From an uncultured Acidobacteriota bacterium (lineage in GTDB: Bacteria; Acidobacteriota; Thermoanaerobaculia; Multivoradales; UBA5704): a stretch of DNA of 64,000 nucleotides. The position numbers were made by a program, and so were the translations under genes. The stretch is taken from assembly GCA_963770895.1 (NCBI GenBank), contig CAVYRF010000002.1, forward strand, positions 4,512,001 through 4,576,000. Direction: 5' to 3'. Of this stretch, positions 23,163-33,230 are shown one piece after another; position 1 is the stretch's first letter, and every line of letters starts with the position of its first letter. The notes beneath the pieces were generated by a model, which worked only from the letters and a program-made list of their open reading frames with translations, was not told where the DNA came from and searched no databases.

Positions 23163-23645
23163 TCACGCTACCTTGGAGCGCAGCTGCGCCGCGGCGTGCT
23201 GGACCGCCTTGACGATGTTGACGTAGCCGGTGCAGCGGCAGAGATTGCCCGAGATCGCCTGGCGAATCTCCAGCTCGCTGGGGTCGGCGTTTTGCTGCAG
23301 CAGCGCGTAGCTGGTCATCATCATCCCCGGCGTGCAAAAGCCGCACTGCAGGCCGTGTTCCTGGAAGAAGCCTTCCTGGATCGGATCGAGCTTGCCGTCC
23401 CGCTCCAACCCTTCGACCGTCGTCACGTCGTGGCCGTCGGCCTGGACCGCGAGCACCGTGCACGACTTGACCGGCCGGCCGTCGAACAGCACGGTGCAGG
23501 CGCCGCAGTGCGTGGTGTCGCAGCCGATATGGGTGCCGGTCATCCCCAGCACCTCGCGCAGCAGGTGTACCAGCAGCAGGCGCGACTCCACGGTCACCGC
23601 GTGCTCGACGCCCTGGACCTTGACCTTGATCTGATGTTGGGCCAT
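23163..23645 (-). CDS. coxS: CO dehydrogenase small (2x[2Fe-2S]) subunit
   Basis: GCDTTHCGACTV, KSC, QCGFCTPG, GNLCRCTGY. Confidence 0.96.
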   Translation of the reverse strand: MAQHQIKVKVQGVEHAVTVESRLLLVHLLREVLGMTGTHIGCDTTHCGACTVLFDGRPVKSCTVLAVQADGHDVTTVEGLERDGKLDPIQEGFFQEHGLQCGFCTPGMMMTSYALLQQNADPSELEIRQAISGNLCRCTGYVNIVKAVQHAAAQLRSKVA

Positions 23646-23647
23646 GT

Positions 23648-24520
23648 CTAGTGCTCCTCGGCCCGTTGGAGGGCCCGTTTGAGGGCTCGCGCCGTCAGCA
23701 CGCGCGACATCTCACGTTTGTATTCGACCGCGCCGCGGCGGTCGGCGCTGGGGGTGGCGGCGGCGGCGGCCAGGCGTGCCGTTTCGGCGATCGTTTGGTC
23801 AGTCGGGCGCTTGCCGGTCAGGTACCGCTCGGCCTCCATGGCGCGCACCGGCATCGGTCCGGCGTTGGTGAGGGCGATGCCCGCCTGGGCGACGGTGCCG
23901 TCCGCCGCCAGGGTGAGCTGCACGGCGCTGGCGGCGGTGGCGAAGTCGCCCACCTTGCGCTCCAGCTTCTGATAGGCGCCGCCGCTGCGCGGCGCCGGCT
24001 GCGGCACGCGGATCTCGGTCAGGATCTCATCGGGCGCCAGGGCGGTGGCGAACAGGCCGACGAAGAAGTCGTCGATGGGGATCTCGCGCCGGCCGCCGGG
24101 ACCGGTGGCGACCACCGTGGCGCGCAGCGCCAGCATCGTCGCCGGATGGTCGTTGGCCGGATCGCCGTGCGCCAGGTTGCCGCCGACGGTCGCCATGTTG
24201 CGCACCAGCGGGTCGGCGATGACCTCGGTCGTTTCGACCAGCAGCGGGTAGCGCCGGCGCGCCACCTCGGAGCGCTCCAGGTCCGCCTCGCGGGTGCGGC
24301 CGCCGATGGCGAGCACCCCTGCTTCCTCGCGGACGTATTCGAGGCCCGGAATGCGCCCGATGTCGACCAGGTGGCCGGCCACCCCCAGCCGGAGCTTGAG
24401 CAGCGGCAGCAGGCTCTGGCCGCCCGACAGCACCTTGGCGTCGTCGGGGTGAGCTTGCAGCAGCGCCACCGCTTCCTCCAAGGTCTGGGGAGCGTGATAG
24501 TCAAACGCGGCAGGAATCAT
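23648..24520 (-). CDS. coxM: CO dehydrogenase medium (FAD) subunit
   Basis: MIPAAFDYHAP, SGGQSLLP, ATVGGNLAHGDPAND, KLERKVGDFA. Confidence 0.96.
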   Translation of the reverse strand: MIPAAFDYHAPQTLEEAVALLQAHPDDAKVLSGGQSLLPLLKLRLGVAGHLVDIGRIPGLEYVREEAGVLAIGGRTREADLERSEVARRRYPLLVETTEVIADPLVRNMATVGGNLAHGDPANDHPATMLALRATVVATGPGGRREIPIDDFFVGLFATALAPDEILTEIRVPQPAPRSGGAYQKLERKVGDFATAASAVQLTLAADGTVAQAGIALTNAGPMPVRAMEAERYLTGKRPTDQTIAETARLAAAAATPSADRRGAVEYKREMSRVLTARALKRALQRAEEH

Positions 24521-24566
24521 CAGCAAAACTCCTTTCCACCGGTGCGCCGGCCCTGCGGCGGCGCCC

Positions 24567-25640
24567 CTAGCGATGGGAGAACCAATAGATCAAGACCAGA
24601 GCGACCGCGACCGCCAGCCAGAACCCCGGCCGCCGCAACGTCCGCCCCGCGGCCCGCGCCATCGCCCTGGAGCCGATCGCGCCCACGTCCAGCACGTCTT
24701 CGTGACTCGTGGTCGGCAGTTGCGGCGGCGCGGGCGCGGCGCCCGCGCCGCGGCCAGTGTTTGGGGCCGCCGCCGCGAGTGCCGCAGGCGCTACCGTGCC
24801 CGCCGCCGGCAGCGATGGCGTGCCAGTGCCGGCCGGCACTGCATTCGCGGTTGCAGCGGCGCCGGCGGACGTTGCGGCCGTGTTGGCGGGCAGCGCTGCC
24901 GCAGCTGCGGCGGCGTGTGCGTCCGTCGCGCCAGCACCGCCTGTCGCTCCCGCCGCGCCAGGTGCCGCTCCGGTGTCGCCGGTCGCGCCTGCGGGACCTG
25001 GCCGCGAGGCGGCGGCTGGCGTCACGGCGGCACCGCCTGTCGCGTCCGCCGTGTCAGGTGGCGCAAGTGCGGCGCTGGTCGCGCTCGTTGCGCTTGCGGG
25101 GACTGGCTGCGAGGCGACAGCTGCCGTCGCGCCGGCGCCGGTTATCGCTTCCGCCGCGCCAGTTGTCGGTCGCGCGGCGGTGGCGGCGCCTTCCAGTTCG
25201 CGGCGCATGGCGTCGCTGAATTTTTGGAAGAGCTGGTCGCTGACGTCCTGGATCATGCCGCGGCCGAACTGGGCGAGGACGCCGACGACGTTGACGTCGG
25301 AGCGGACGGTAACTTCGCTTTCCGTGGGCGAGCGCTCTACGATGCGGCTGTGCATGCGCATGTCGGCGCCGCCCTTGCCGCGGGTCTCCTGGCCGGTGCC
25401 GCTGAGCTCGGCTTCGCGCGCTTCGGGATCGAGGCGATCGAAGCGCAGCTTGCCGCGGTAGGCGGCGGTCACCGGACCGACCTTGACGGTCATGGTGCCG
25501 GCGTAGGTCTTGTCGTCCACCTGCTCGGTGATCGCCGCGCCGGGCAGGCAATGTGCCACCCGCCGCGGGTCGGTCAGGAAGTCCCAGACGGCGCCGGCCG
25601 GGGCATTCACCACGAAGCTCTTTTCGATCGGGATACCCAA
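24567..25640 (-). CDS. coxG: CoxG (SRPBCC) with Ala-rich linker and C-terminal membrane anchor
   Basis: VWDFLTDP..CLPGA..VKVGPV..LAQFGRGMIQDVS; C-terminal TM FWLAVAVALVLIYWF; TTG start. Confidence 0.9.
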   Translation of the reverse strand: MGIPIEKSFVVNAPAGAVWDFLTDPRRVAHCLPGAAITEQVDDKTYAGTMTVKVGPVTAAYRGKLRFDRLDPEAREAELSGTGQETRGKGGADMRMHSRIVERSPTESEVTVRSDVNVVGVLAQFGRGMIQDVSDQLFQKFSDAMRRELEGAATAARPTTGAAEAITGAGATAAVASQPVPASATSATSAALAPPDTADATGGAAVTPAAASRPGPAGATGDTGAAPGAAGATGGAGATDAHAAAAAAALPANTAATSAGAAATANAVPAGTGTPSLPAAGTVAPAALAAAAPNTGRGAGAAPAPPQLPTTSHEDVLDVGAIGSRAMARAAGRTLRRPGFWLAVAVALVLIYWFSHR

Positions 25641-25650
25641 GGCTCTCCCT

Positions 25651-27036
25651 TCACGCCGCGAGCAGCGGCAGCAGCCGCGCCAGCGATTCCAGGTTGTGCG
25701 CCGGCAGCAGGTGGTCGAGGTACGGCAGCGCCGCCGCCATGGCGCGGGCGGTGGGCTGGTAGCGCTGGTCGCCGGCCAGCGGATTGAGCCAGACGATGCG
25801 CCGCGCCCGCGCCCGGATGGCCGCCAGCGCCCCCGGCAGCCGGTCGACGTCGCCGCGATCCAGGCCGTCGCTGAGGATCAGCACCACCGTTCGGCTGTCG
25901 ACCAGGTGCAGGTAGGTGTCCGCGAACTCGGCAAGGCAGTCCGCGATGCGCGTCCCTTCCGACCAGTCGGGGATCTGGCGCGCCAGGCGGTCCAGCATCG
26001 CCGCGATGCCGTGCGGCCCGTCCAGCCCTTCCGGTCGCATGCCACCGGAGCGCAGCCAGCCGGTGAGCCGTACCAGCGAAGTGTTGAAGGCGAAGACTTC
26101 GCTGTGCCGCGCCGCCCGGCGCAGCGCCAGCACGAACGCCAGCAAGAACCGCGAATGCGGGTCCATCGAGCCGCTGGTGTCGCACAGCACCACCAGCCGC
26201 GCCTCTTCGATCGGCCGCGCCCGCCGCGCCAGCACCGCCAGGTCGCCGTCCAGGGCCGCCGCCCGCCGCAAACTGCGCCGCAGGTCAGGGTCGCCGCGGC
26301 CGCGCACCGGCACCCGCCGCCGGCTGCGCCGGGTGGCGAGGCGCTGCGCCAGCCGCGCGATCAGCGGCTCCATCGCGGCGCGCTCCGCCGCCGTGCACTC
26401 CTCGAACGGCTTGCGGCGCAAGATCGCCTCGGGGCTGTAGCCCGGCTGTTCGCCGTCGGCCAGGGCCGGCGCCGCCGCGTCGTCGGCCTCCTGCCGCCGC
26501 TGGTCCGTTGCCCGCGCCGCAGCCTGCCGCGCCGGCGCCGGCCCTGGCCGCGCGTCGGCGCGGCCCGCCTGTGGCGGCCGGGTGGGGTCGATCACCGGTG
26601 GATTTTGCGACGGCGGCGCGGCCGCCTGCCGCCGCTCCTCGGCAGGCGGGTCGTCCAGCCGCCCGTCGCTGGCCGCTCCCACAGCGTCGTCGGCCCCACG
26701 CCACATCTCCGCAAACAGCTCCTCGAACGCCGCCGCGTCCCGCGGCCGGATCTTGAGTGCCACCCGCAAGGCGCGCCTCACCTCGTCGCGGTCACCCACG
26801 TCGACGAACGTCAGCGCCGCCAGACCGTCCGCTTCATCGCTCAGCGTGACTGCGACGCCGCGCGGCCGCAAGGCACGCCCAAACCGAGCCAGGTGCCACA
26901 CCAAGCCGCTGGAAAGAGGTCCGGCCGTCGCCTCTGGCGACGGCGCGGTCTGGTTAGCCACCCACAACCCAGGGCCGGCCCCTGGCGCCGTGGCGCGGCC
27001 GGCCTCCGCCTCGCCGCCCGCGTCCCGCTCGCTCAC
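25651..27036 (-). CDS. coxE: CoxE-like VWA-domain protein
   Basis: FGRALR, LCDTSGSM, GTRIADCL, LSDGLDRGD, WLNPL; GTG start overlaps coxD stop. Confidence 0.9.
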   Translation of the reverse strand: MSERDAGGEAEAGRATAPGAGPGLWVANQTAPSPEATAGPLSSGLVWHLARFGRALRPRGVAVTLSDEADGLAALTFVDVGDRDEVRRALRVALKIRPRDAAAFEELFAEMWRGADDAVGAASDGRLDDPPAEERRQAAAPPSQNPPVIDPTRPPQAGRADARPGPAPARQAAARATDQRRQEADDAAAPALADGEQPGYSPEAILRRKPFEECTAAERAAMEPLIARLAQRLATRRSRRRVPVRGRGDPDLRRSLRRAAALDGDLAVLARRARPIEEARLVVLCDTSGSMDPHSRFLLAFVLALRRAARHSEVFAFNTSLVRLTGWLRSGGMRPEGLDGPHGIAAMLDRLARQIPDWSEGTRIADCLAEFADTYLHLVDSRTVVLILSDGLDRGDVDRLPGALAAIRARARRIVWLNPLAGDQRYQPTARAMAAALPYLDHLLPAHNLESLARLLPLLAA

Positions 27037-27926
27037 GCTGGCACCTCTTCGAGGGCGACGGCCAAGGTGGCGGCGAGGGTGGCGCCGGTGAGGTCGTGGA
27101 GGTCGTGGCGGTCTTTGAGGATGCAGCCCAGGGTTTGCTCGACGGTTTCGAGGTCGAGGTGGTCGCGGTGGAGGTGGAGCAGGGCTTGCGCCCAGTCGAG
27201 GGTTTCGGCGACGCCGGGGGTTTTGTTGAGGCGGCGCTGCCGCAGGGACTGCATGAAGCGGCCGATCTGGGCTGCCAGGCGGGGGGCTGCCTGGGGCACC
27301 CGCGCCGCCAGGATGCGGACCTCTTTTTCGAGGGTGGGGTGCTCGATGTAGAGGTAGAGGCAGCGCCGGCGCAGGGCGTCGCCGATCTCGCGGCTGCGGT
27401 TGGAGGTGAGGACGACGTGGGGGATGTGTTCCGCGCGCAGGGTGCCCAGCTCGGGGATGGTGACCTGGAAGTCGGACAGGATCTCGAGCAGGAAGGCTTC
27501 GAAGCCGTCGTCGGCGCGGTCGATCTCGTCGATGAGCAGCACCGGCGCGCCGTCCCGGCGGGTGATGGCGCGCAGCAGCGGCCGCTCCAGCAGGTAGTCG
27601 CGGCCGAAGATCAGCTCTTCGGTTTCGGCGGCGCTCTTGCCCTGTTGCTCGGCCAGGCGCAGGCGCAGGATCTGGCGCTGGTAGTTCCACTCGTAGAGCG
27701 CGGTCGAGACGTCGAGCCCTTCGTAGCACTGCAGCCGGATGAGGTCGGTGGCCAGCAGGCGCGCCCAGACCTTGGCGATTTCGGTCTTGCCGACGCCGGC
27801 GTCGCCTTCGACGAGCAGCGGGCGGCGCATCTTCTGGGCCAGAAAGAGCGACGTCGCGATCGCCGGGTCGGCGACGTAGCCCGCGCCTTCCATCGCTGAC
27901 TGGAGCTGCGCGATCTCCTCCCTCAC
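27033..27926 (-). CDS. coxD: CoxD-like MoxR AAA+ ATPase
   Basis: EGDAGVGKTE, RLQCYEGLD..LYEWNY, LIDEIDRAD, DALRRRCLY; GTG start overlaps upstream stop. Confidence 0.92.
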   Translation of the reverse strand: MREEIAQLQSAMEGAGYVADPAIATSLFLAQKMRRPLLVEGDAGVGKTEIAKVWARLLATDLIRLQCYEGLDVSTALYEWNYQRQILRLRLAEQQGKSAAETEELIFGRDYLLERPLLRAITRRDGAPVLLIDEIDRADDGFEAFLLEILSDFQVTIPELGTLRAEHIPHVVLTSNRSREIGDALRRRCLYLYIEHPTLEKEVRILAARVPQAAPRLAAQIGRFMQSLRQRRLNKTPGVAETLDWAQALLHLHRDHLDLETVEQTLGCILKDRHDLHDLTGATLAATLAVALEEVPA

Positions 27927-28957
27927 GCGACCCCTCCCACCGCCGCGTGGTGCTCGGGCGCCGCCACGAAGCGGGCGCGGCAGCCGGCGCAGCAGAAATA
28001 GAAGACGCGCCCGGCGTGCTCGGCGGTGTGCCGCGCGCCGGCGATCTGGACCGTCATGCCGCAGATCGGATCGATGGCCTGGCCCGCCGCGGGCGGCGAG
28101 TGCTGCGTGTCCGTTTCCGCCGGCCCGGCGGCGGCGGTGCTGGCGGCGAGCGCGTGGCGCCGCTCGACGATTTCGGCCAGCACGCTCAGGGCGATCTCTT
28201 CGGGGGTCTGGGCGTGGATGGCCAGGCCGGCGGGGCTGCGGATCGTTGCCAGCTGCGCTTCCGAGATGCCTTGCTCGCGGAGAGTCGGCCGCATTTGCGC
28301 GAAACGCCGCGCGCTCGCCACTACCCCGAGATAGGCCGGAGCGAGGGCCAGGGCGGCGCCGATCGCCGCCTCGTCGTCTTCTCCCATGGTTGCCACGACC
28401 GCGAAGCATTGCGCTCCGCCTGTCGCCGCTACGGCGCCGATGATGGTCCGGCTGGTCCCGGTCGCCGCGCTGGCCTGGCCTTCGGCCGTGGCTGCCGCAG
28501 CGCCGCCTGCCGGCGCCGCCGCGGCGCCCGGGACGGGCGTCACGTGGTAGCCCATGGCGGCGCCCAGGCGGGCGAGGGCTCGCGCGGTGGGGGATTCCCC
28601 GAAGACTGCCAGGCGCGGCGCCGGTTGGATGGGTTCGAGGTAGATTTCCACGCTCCCTCCGCTGTGGCAGGTCATGGGAAAGACGGCGACGCCCGGCCGC
28701 TGCTCGGTTTCGGGGTCGGGGGTGAGGGCGAGCAGGCGCGGCTTGCCGCTGGCGAGCACGCGCCGCGCTTCGCGCAGCACGGTGGGCTGGATGCAGCTGC
28801 CGCCCAGCCAGCCGTGGAAGTCGCCGCCGGCGGTGATGATCGCCATGTCGCCGGCCTGCGCCGAGCTGGCGGGCCGCCGGCGCACCACCAGCGCCAGCAC
28901 GAAGGGCTCCTGCCGGCGCGTAAGATCCGCTGCCATCTGCAGGAGCTCGGCGTGCAT
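27923..28957 (-). CDS. coxF: XdhC/CoxF-family maturation factor fused to C-terminal YHS domain
   Basis: GWLGGSC, MTCHSGG, SPAGL..TPEEIALSVLAEI; C-terminal DPICGM..FYFCCAGC. Confidence 0.88.
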   Translation of the reverse strand: MHAELLQMAADLTRRQEPFVLALVVRRRPASSAQAGDMAIITAGGDFHGWLGGSCIQPTVLREARRVLASGKPRLLALTPDPETEQRPGVAVFPMTCHSGGSVEIYLEPIQPAPRLAVFGESPTARALARLGAAMGYHVTPVPGAAAAPAGGAAAATAEGQASAATGTSRTIIGAVAATGGAQCFAVVATMGEDDEAAIGAALALAPAYLGVVASARRFAQMRPTLREQGISEAQLATIRSPAGLAIHAQTPEEIALSVLAEIVERRHALAASTAAAGPAETDTQHSPPAAGQAIDPICGMTVQIAGARHTAEHAGRVFYFCCAGCRARFVAAPEHHAAVGGVA

Positions 28958-28984
28958 GGTCGCGATGCCTTTCCCTTGCTAGTC

Positions 28985-29737
28985 CTAAGGTTCCGAAGGT
29001 TCCGTGTCGCCGCGCGCGGTGGACGGTGGTCCGGCCAGGACCGGGAGCGGCACCGCCGGTACGGTGGGCGGACCGGGGGCCGGGGCCAGCGACGGCGCCG
29101 TGTGGCGCAGCCGCTCCAGGTCGGCCGGCAGGTCGAGATCGGCGAGCGCGGTCACCGGCCAGTGCAGCACGACGGCGGTGCCGCGGTGGCGCTTGACCAC
29201 CTGTTTGCCGCAGCCGGCGCCGCCCTTGGCACTGGTCATGCTGAGGATCTCATGAAAGAGCGAGCGATCATACAGCGTCGGCGGCGCGTTCACGCCTTCG
29301 TAATCCGAGATCACCAGCGCCGCGCCGCTGTCGCGGTAGCGCGCCACCAGGTCGGCGACCATGGCGCCGGTGACGAAGGGCATGTCGGCCAGCATCACCA
29401 CCGCCGCTCCCACCGTGGGCGCCGACCGCGCCAGGGCTGCGACGCCGGCTTGCAGCGAGGTGGTGATGCCGTGCTGGTAGTTGGGGTTGACCACCACCTG
29501 GCAGGCGCAGCCCAGAAGCTCGCGCCGCGCGCTTTGGGATTCATGCCCCAACACCACCAGCAGCGGCGCCAGGCCGCCGCCCAGCGCCTGGCGCACCGCC
29601 CGCCGCAGCACGCTTTCGCCGTCCAGCTGCAGCAGCATCTTGTTGCTGCCCATGCGGCTGGAGGTGCCGGCGGCGAGCAGGATGCCGGCGACCGGCACGG
29701 CGTCGCCGGCCCGCGGCGGTGCGGCCTCAGCCGACAT
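28985..29737 (-). CDS. mocA: molybdenum cofactor cytidylyltransferase (MocA-like)
   Basis: ILLAAGTSSRMGSNK, MLADMPFV, DLDLPADL; within the cox cluster. Confidence 0.88.
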   Translation of the reverse strand: MSAEAAPPRAGDAVPVAGILLAAGTSSRMGSNKMLLQLDGESVLRRAVRQALGGGLAPLLVVLGHESQSARRELLGCACQVVVNPNYQHGITTSLQAGVAALARSAPTVGAAVVMLADMPFVTGAMVADLVARYRDSGAALVISDYEGVNAPPTLYDRSLFHEILSMTSAKGGAGCGKQVVKRHRGTAVVLHWPVTALADLDLPADLERLRHTAPSLAPAPGPPTVPAVPLPVLAGPPSTARGDTEPSEP

Positions 29738-30926
29738 GGATGGCCTCGCGGCGTTCGCTCAGGTGGCGCGGCAGGCGGCCGGCGGAAAAGGCGAGCAGTT
29801 CCGCGACGATGCTGATCGCCACCTGCTGCGGACCGTCGGCGCCGAGGTCGAGCCCCACCGGGCCGAACACCCGCCCGCCGTCGTCGCCTTCGCCGATCAG
29901 CCGCAGGATGGCGTCGGTGCGCGCCCGCGGCCCCAGGACGCCGACGTAAGGGAGGCCCGCGGCGAGCAGTCTTCGCACCCATTCGCGGTCGTGTGCCAGC
30001 GAGTGCGTCTTGACGACCGCCAGCGACCGGGCGGCCGGCGGCAGGGCGAGCTGCGGCTCGTCGGGGCGCGCCAGGATGCGCTGCGCCGCCGCCGGGAACG
30101 CCTGGGCGGCCAGAAACGCCGGCCGGTGGTCGACCAGCGTGACGCGAAAGCCGGCGTCGGCGGCGTAGGCGACCAGCGGCCGCGCGTCGTCGCCGGCGCC
30201 GCAGACGACCAGGTGCGGCGGCGGCGCCAGGACTTCGAAGAAGACCTCCCGGCCGGCGACCGTCTCCACCCGCGAAGCGCCGGTTGCCAGCCGCACGCGC
30301 GCCCTGTCGATGACCGCCCGGCGAAAGGCTGCGTCCTCAGGCGTGCCGGTGCCCGCCGCATCCCCCGCCGGTGCCACCGCGCCGCCGTGGACCACCAGGA
30401 GCATGCCGCCACCGTCCCGGCGTCCGCCGCCCGCGGCGCTCGCCGCTGCCGCGCCGCTCGGCGCGGTCCCAACGTTGGCGCTTGCCGCGGCGCCGGCCGG
30501 AACGTCGCCGCCGTCGAGCGCCGTGGCGAGCACGAACGGCGCGTCGCCCGCGAGCAGCTGCCGCAGGGATCCGGCGAGCTGCGCCAGCGGGCCTTCGGAC
30601 GCGGGTTGGACGAAGATGTCGACGTGGCCGTTGCAGCCCAGGCCCAGGCCCCACACCACGTCTTCGTCGCCGGTTTCGTAGTGGCGCAGCCAGGGATTGC
30701 CGGTTTCGAGCACCGCCCCGGCGATCTCGCGCACGTCGGCTTCGAGGCAGCCGCCGCTGACGCTGCCGACCGTGTCACCCGCCTGTTCGATCAGCAGCTT
30801 GGCGCCCGGCCGCCGGTAGGCCGAGCCGGCGATGCGCACCACCGTCGCCAGGGCCGCGCGGCCGCCGGCGGCTTCGACCGCGGCCAGCCGCAGGAGGATG
30901 TCGGCGCTTTCCTTCCAATGGATCAT
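29727..30926 (-). CDS. XdhC/CoxI-family molybdoenzyme maturation protein
   Basis: GSAYRRPGAK, GSVSGGCLE, GLGCNG, GAGDDARP, GPVGLDLGADGP. Confidence 0.92.
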   Translation of the reverse strand: MIHWKESADILLRLAAVEAAGGRAALATVVRIAGSAYRRPGAKLLIEQAGDTVGSVSGGCLEADVREIAGAVLETGNPWLRHYETGDEDVVWGLGLGCNGHVDIFVQPASEGPLAQLAGSLRQLLAGDAPFVLATALDGGDVPAGAAASANVGTAPSGAAAASAAGGGRRDGGGMLLVVHGGAVAPAGDAAGTGTPEDAAFRRAVIDRARVRLATGASRVETVAGREVFFEVLAPPPHLVVCGAGDDARPLVAYAADAGFRVTLVDHRPAFLAAQAFPAAAQRILARPDEPQLALPPAARSLAVVKTHSLAHDREWVRRLLAAGLPYVGVLGPRARTDAILRLIGEGDDGGRVFGPVGLDLGADGPQQVAISIVAELLAFSAGRLPRHLSERREAIHVG

Positions 30927-30960
30927 CGGCCACCGGGCCAGTCACTTTTGGTCCTCTCGA

Positions 30961-30989
30961 ACCATACCTCCGGCCGGCGCCGGTTTCAA
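30961..30989 (-). promoter_or_regulatory. sigma70-type promoter heading the cox cluster
   Basis: TTGAAA-N17-TATGGT on minus strand. Confidence 0.55.
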
Positions 30990-31056
30990 GGCGCCGGAAC
31001 CTGGCTGCCGGAGAGACGGATCGGAAAGACCTGAAGTGGGAGGCGGCGGGCGCGGC

Positions 31057-33132
31057 TCAGTTATAGGGCGCGATCGCGGTGACCGTCCACGTTTCGCCGC
31101 CGATCTGGACGGTGCCGCCGACCGGCTGGTCGAGCAGCTGCTTGCCGAGATCGGCTTCGTAGGACAGGATGCCGTCTTCGGGGCGGCTCTCCCACGGACC
31201 GAGGATGGTGATGGTGCGCCTTTGGCCGCCGGCGCTGGCCAGGTGGACGCGGGCACCGATGCGCACCGCCGACAGGTCCATGGAGGTGGTGTCGATGGGA
31301 CGCACCCGCGACAGCTCGCCGTTGAGCGCCGCGGCGCGGGAGTTGAGGTATTCGTGGCGCGCCCGCGCCGATTTGTATTCGAAGTTCTCGCGCAGGTCGC
31401 CCAGGGCGCGGGCTTCTTCGATCGCCTTGCGATTGGCCGGGATCTCGACTTTCATGATCTGGTCGAGCTCGGCGCGCTTGGTGGTGATCGAATCGAGCGT
31501 CGCGTAGAGCGGCATTTCGATCTCTCGCCGCAGCGAGCGGAAGCGCAGCTCCAGGGCAGCCAGGAGCTGTTCGCGCTGGTAGGGCTCCAGGGCGGCGGCC
31601 CGCCGCACGGCGTCTTCGGCCTGCGGCGCCTGGTCTTCGGTCAGGTGGTTGAGCACCCGCGGCACGGTGCCGCCCGATTCGGCCAGCGCCAGCAGACGCA
31701 GCCGGAAGGTGGCGAATTCGTCGCGGTTCAGACTGTTGAGGATCTGCTGCAACAGGCGCAGCGGGTTGCGTCCGCGCAGCTCTTCGTCGGTGGCGGCCCG
31801 TTCGGCCAGCCAGGTGAAGGCGGACGGCTGCCGGTGTGGCTGGGTGACGAGGGTGTCGTAGAAGCGTTCCAGTTCCCGCGGCGCGCCCGCCGCCATGCCG
31901 GCCGCCAGGGTGTCCAGGGCGCGCGGGTCGGTTTCGCGCGCCAGGGCGTCACGGTAGACCGCCGGCCAGTCGGTGCGTCGCTCGCGCACCATCTGGTACG
32001 CCCGCTCGCGCAGCAGCCGCTCGTCGATGCCTTCGAACAGCCGGCCCAGGTCGCGCGCGGCGAGCAGCTGCTCGGGCGCCCACTCCAGCTGCAGCAGGTC
32101 TTCGGGCACGCCGCCGCTGCGTTCCAGGCCGAACCAGATCTCGAAGGCGAGGCCGGGGTCGCTGTCCACCGCGCCGGCGGCGACGCCTTCCAGATTGGCC
32201 GCCATGCGGTCGCGCAGGCCGCGGTCGCGCGCCCCTTCGCGCCGCAGCAGCTCCAGCTTGCGGCGCGGCGCGGCGCGCTCGAAGGCGCGCCACACGCTGT
32301 CCTGGGCGTCGCCGCTGCTTTCGGCCCAGGTGTAGGTCTGGCGCGCGCCGCTGCCGGCGGCCAGCACCTGCGGATGCTTGCGCGCCGCCCCCCACCACGA
32401 CGTCCATTGCCCCTCGCTGACGATGCCCGCCAGCACGTCGCGCACTTCCCCGGCGGTGAGCGGGCGGTCGAAGCTGCGCAGGGTGACGTGCAGCAGGTCG
32501 GGAGGCGACAGCGTCTTGAGGCCGGCCGGGTCCTCCAGCTTGCGCCGCAGCACGTGCGAGGTGGCGAGCGGGCGCAGCAGCTTCGCCGCCGCCTTGAACC
32601 CCACCATCAGGCCGCGGTGGCGCTCGAAATCGACCTTGAAGCTTTCCAGCCCCAGGTTGGCTTCGACGACCCGGCCCACCCCCTTGCCTTCCATCGCCAC
32701 CACGGTGCCGACGTCGAAGGCCAGCAGGTTTTCCAGGCGCTCCACCTTTTCCCAGGTCTTCGGCAGGTCGTGGGTGGCGCGCTGCAGGCCCGCCGCCTCG
32801 GACAGCCCTTTGAAGGTGGTGCGGTCGCCGTAGAGCTTGCTCAGCGTCGAAACGATCGCCGAATGGATCTTGTCCGCCGGCAGCAGCAGCGCCGCCGCCC
32901 GCCGCAGCAGGTCGAGGCGCACCGCCCAGCGGCCGTCGCGCAGCTGCTCGTCGAGCATCTCAAGCAGCGTCCGGGCGCGCTTTTCTTCGCCGTTGCCGGC
33001 CAGGGCGCGCGCCACGCCGACGAAGTAATCGAGGTCTTCGGGATTGTCGCCGATGCGCGCCAGCCAGTCGTTTTCGACGGCGTCGAAGTCGCCCTTGGCG
33101 AGGTGGTTCTGGGTCGTACGCGAGATCGCCAT
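31057..33132 (-). CDS. greA: long GreA/GreB-domain transcription elongation factor (~690 aa)
   Basis: C-terminal EIPANRKAIEEARALGDLRENFEYKSAR..TILGPWES..ILSY; ~530-aa N-terminal extension. Confidence 0.85.
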   Translation of the reverse strand: MAISRTTQNHLAKGDFDAVENDWLARIGDNPEDLDYFVGVARALAGNGEEKRARTLLEMLDEQLRDGRWAVRLDLLRRAAALLLPADKIHSAIVSTLSKLYGDRTTFKGLSEAAGLQRATHDLPKTWEKVERLENLLAFDVGTVVAMEGKGVGRVVEANLGLESFKVDFERHRGLMVGFKAAAKLLRPLATSHVLRRKLEDPAGLKTLSPPDLLHVTLRSFDRPLTAGEVRDVLAGIVSEGQWTSWWGAARKHPQVLAAGSGARQTYTWAESSGDAQDSVWRAFERAAPRRKLELLRREGARDRGLRDRMAANLEGVAAGAVDSDPGLAFEIWFGLERSGGVPEDLLQLEWAPEQLLAARDLGRLFEGIDERLLRERAYQMVRERRTDWPAVYRDALARETDPRALDTLAAGMAAGAPRELERFYDTLVTQPHRQPSAFTWLAERAATDEELRGRNPLRLLQQILNSLNRDEFATFRLRLLALAESGGTVPRVLNHLTEDQAPQAEDAVRRAAALEPYQREQLLAALELRFRSLRREIEMPLYATLDSITTKRAELDQIMKVEIPANRKAIEEARALGDLRENFEYKSARARHEYLNSRAAALNGELSRVRPIDTTSMDLSAVRIGARVHLASAGGQRRTITILGPWESRPEDGILSYEADLGKQLLDQPVGGTVQIGGETWTVTAIAPYN

Positions 33133-33230
33133 GCGGAGAAGGAAGATAGCAGATTGAGTTCTATAAGCTAGCCTCCCGGCCAATCGCGGGCCGGTCGCCG
33201 GGGGCCGGCGGGGAGCTGGAGCACAGACCG

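Noticed and set aside
30927-31056. Moco riboswitch ahead of the cox cluster
   Set aside because: Predicted leader is only ~30 nt and no motif is visible
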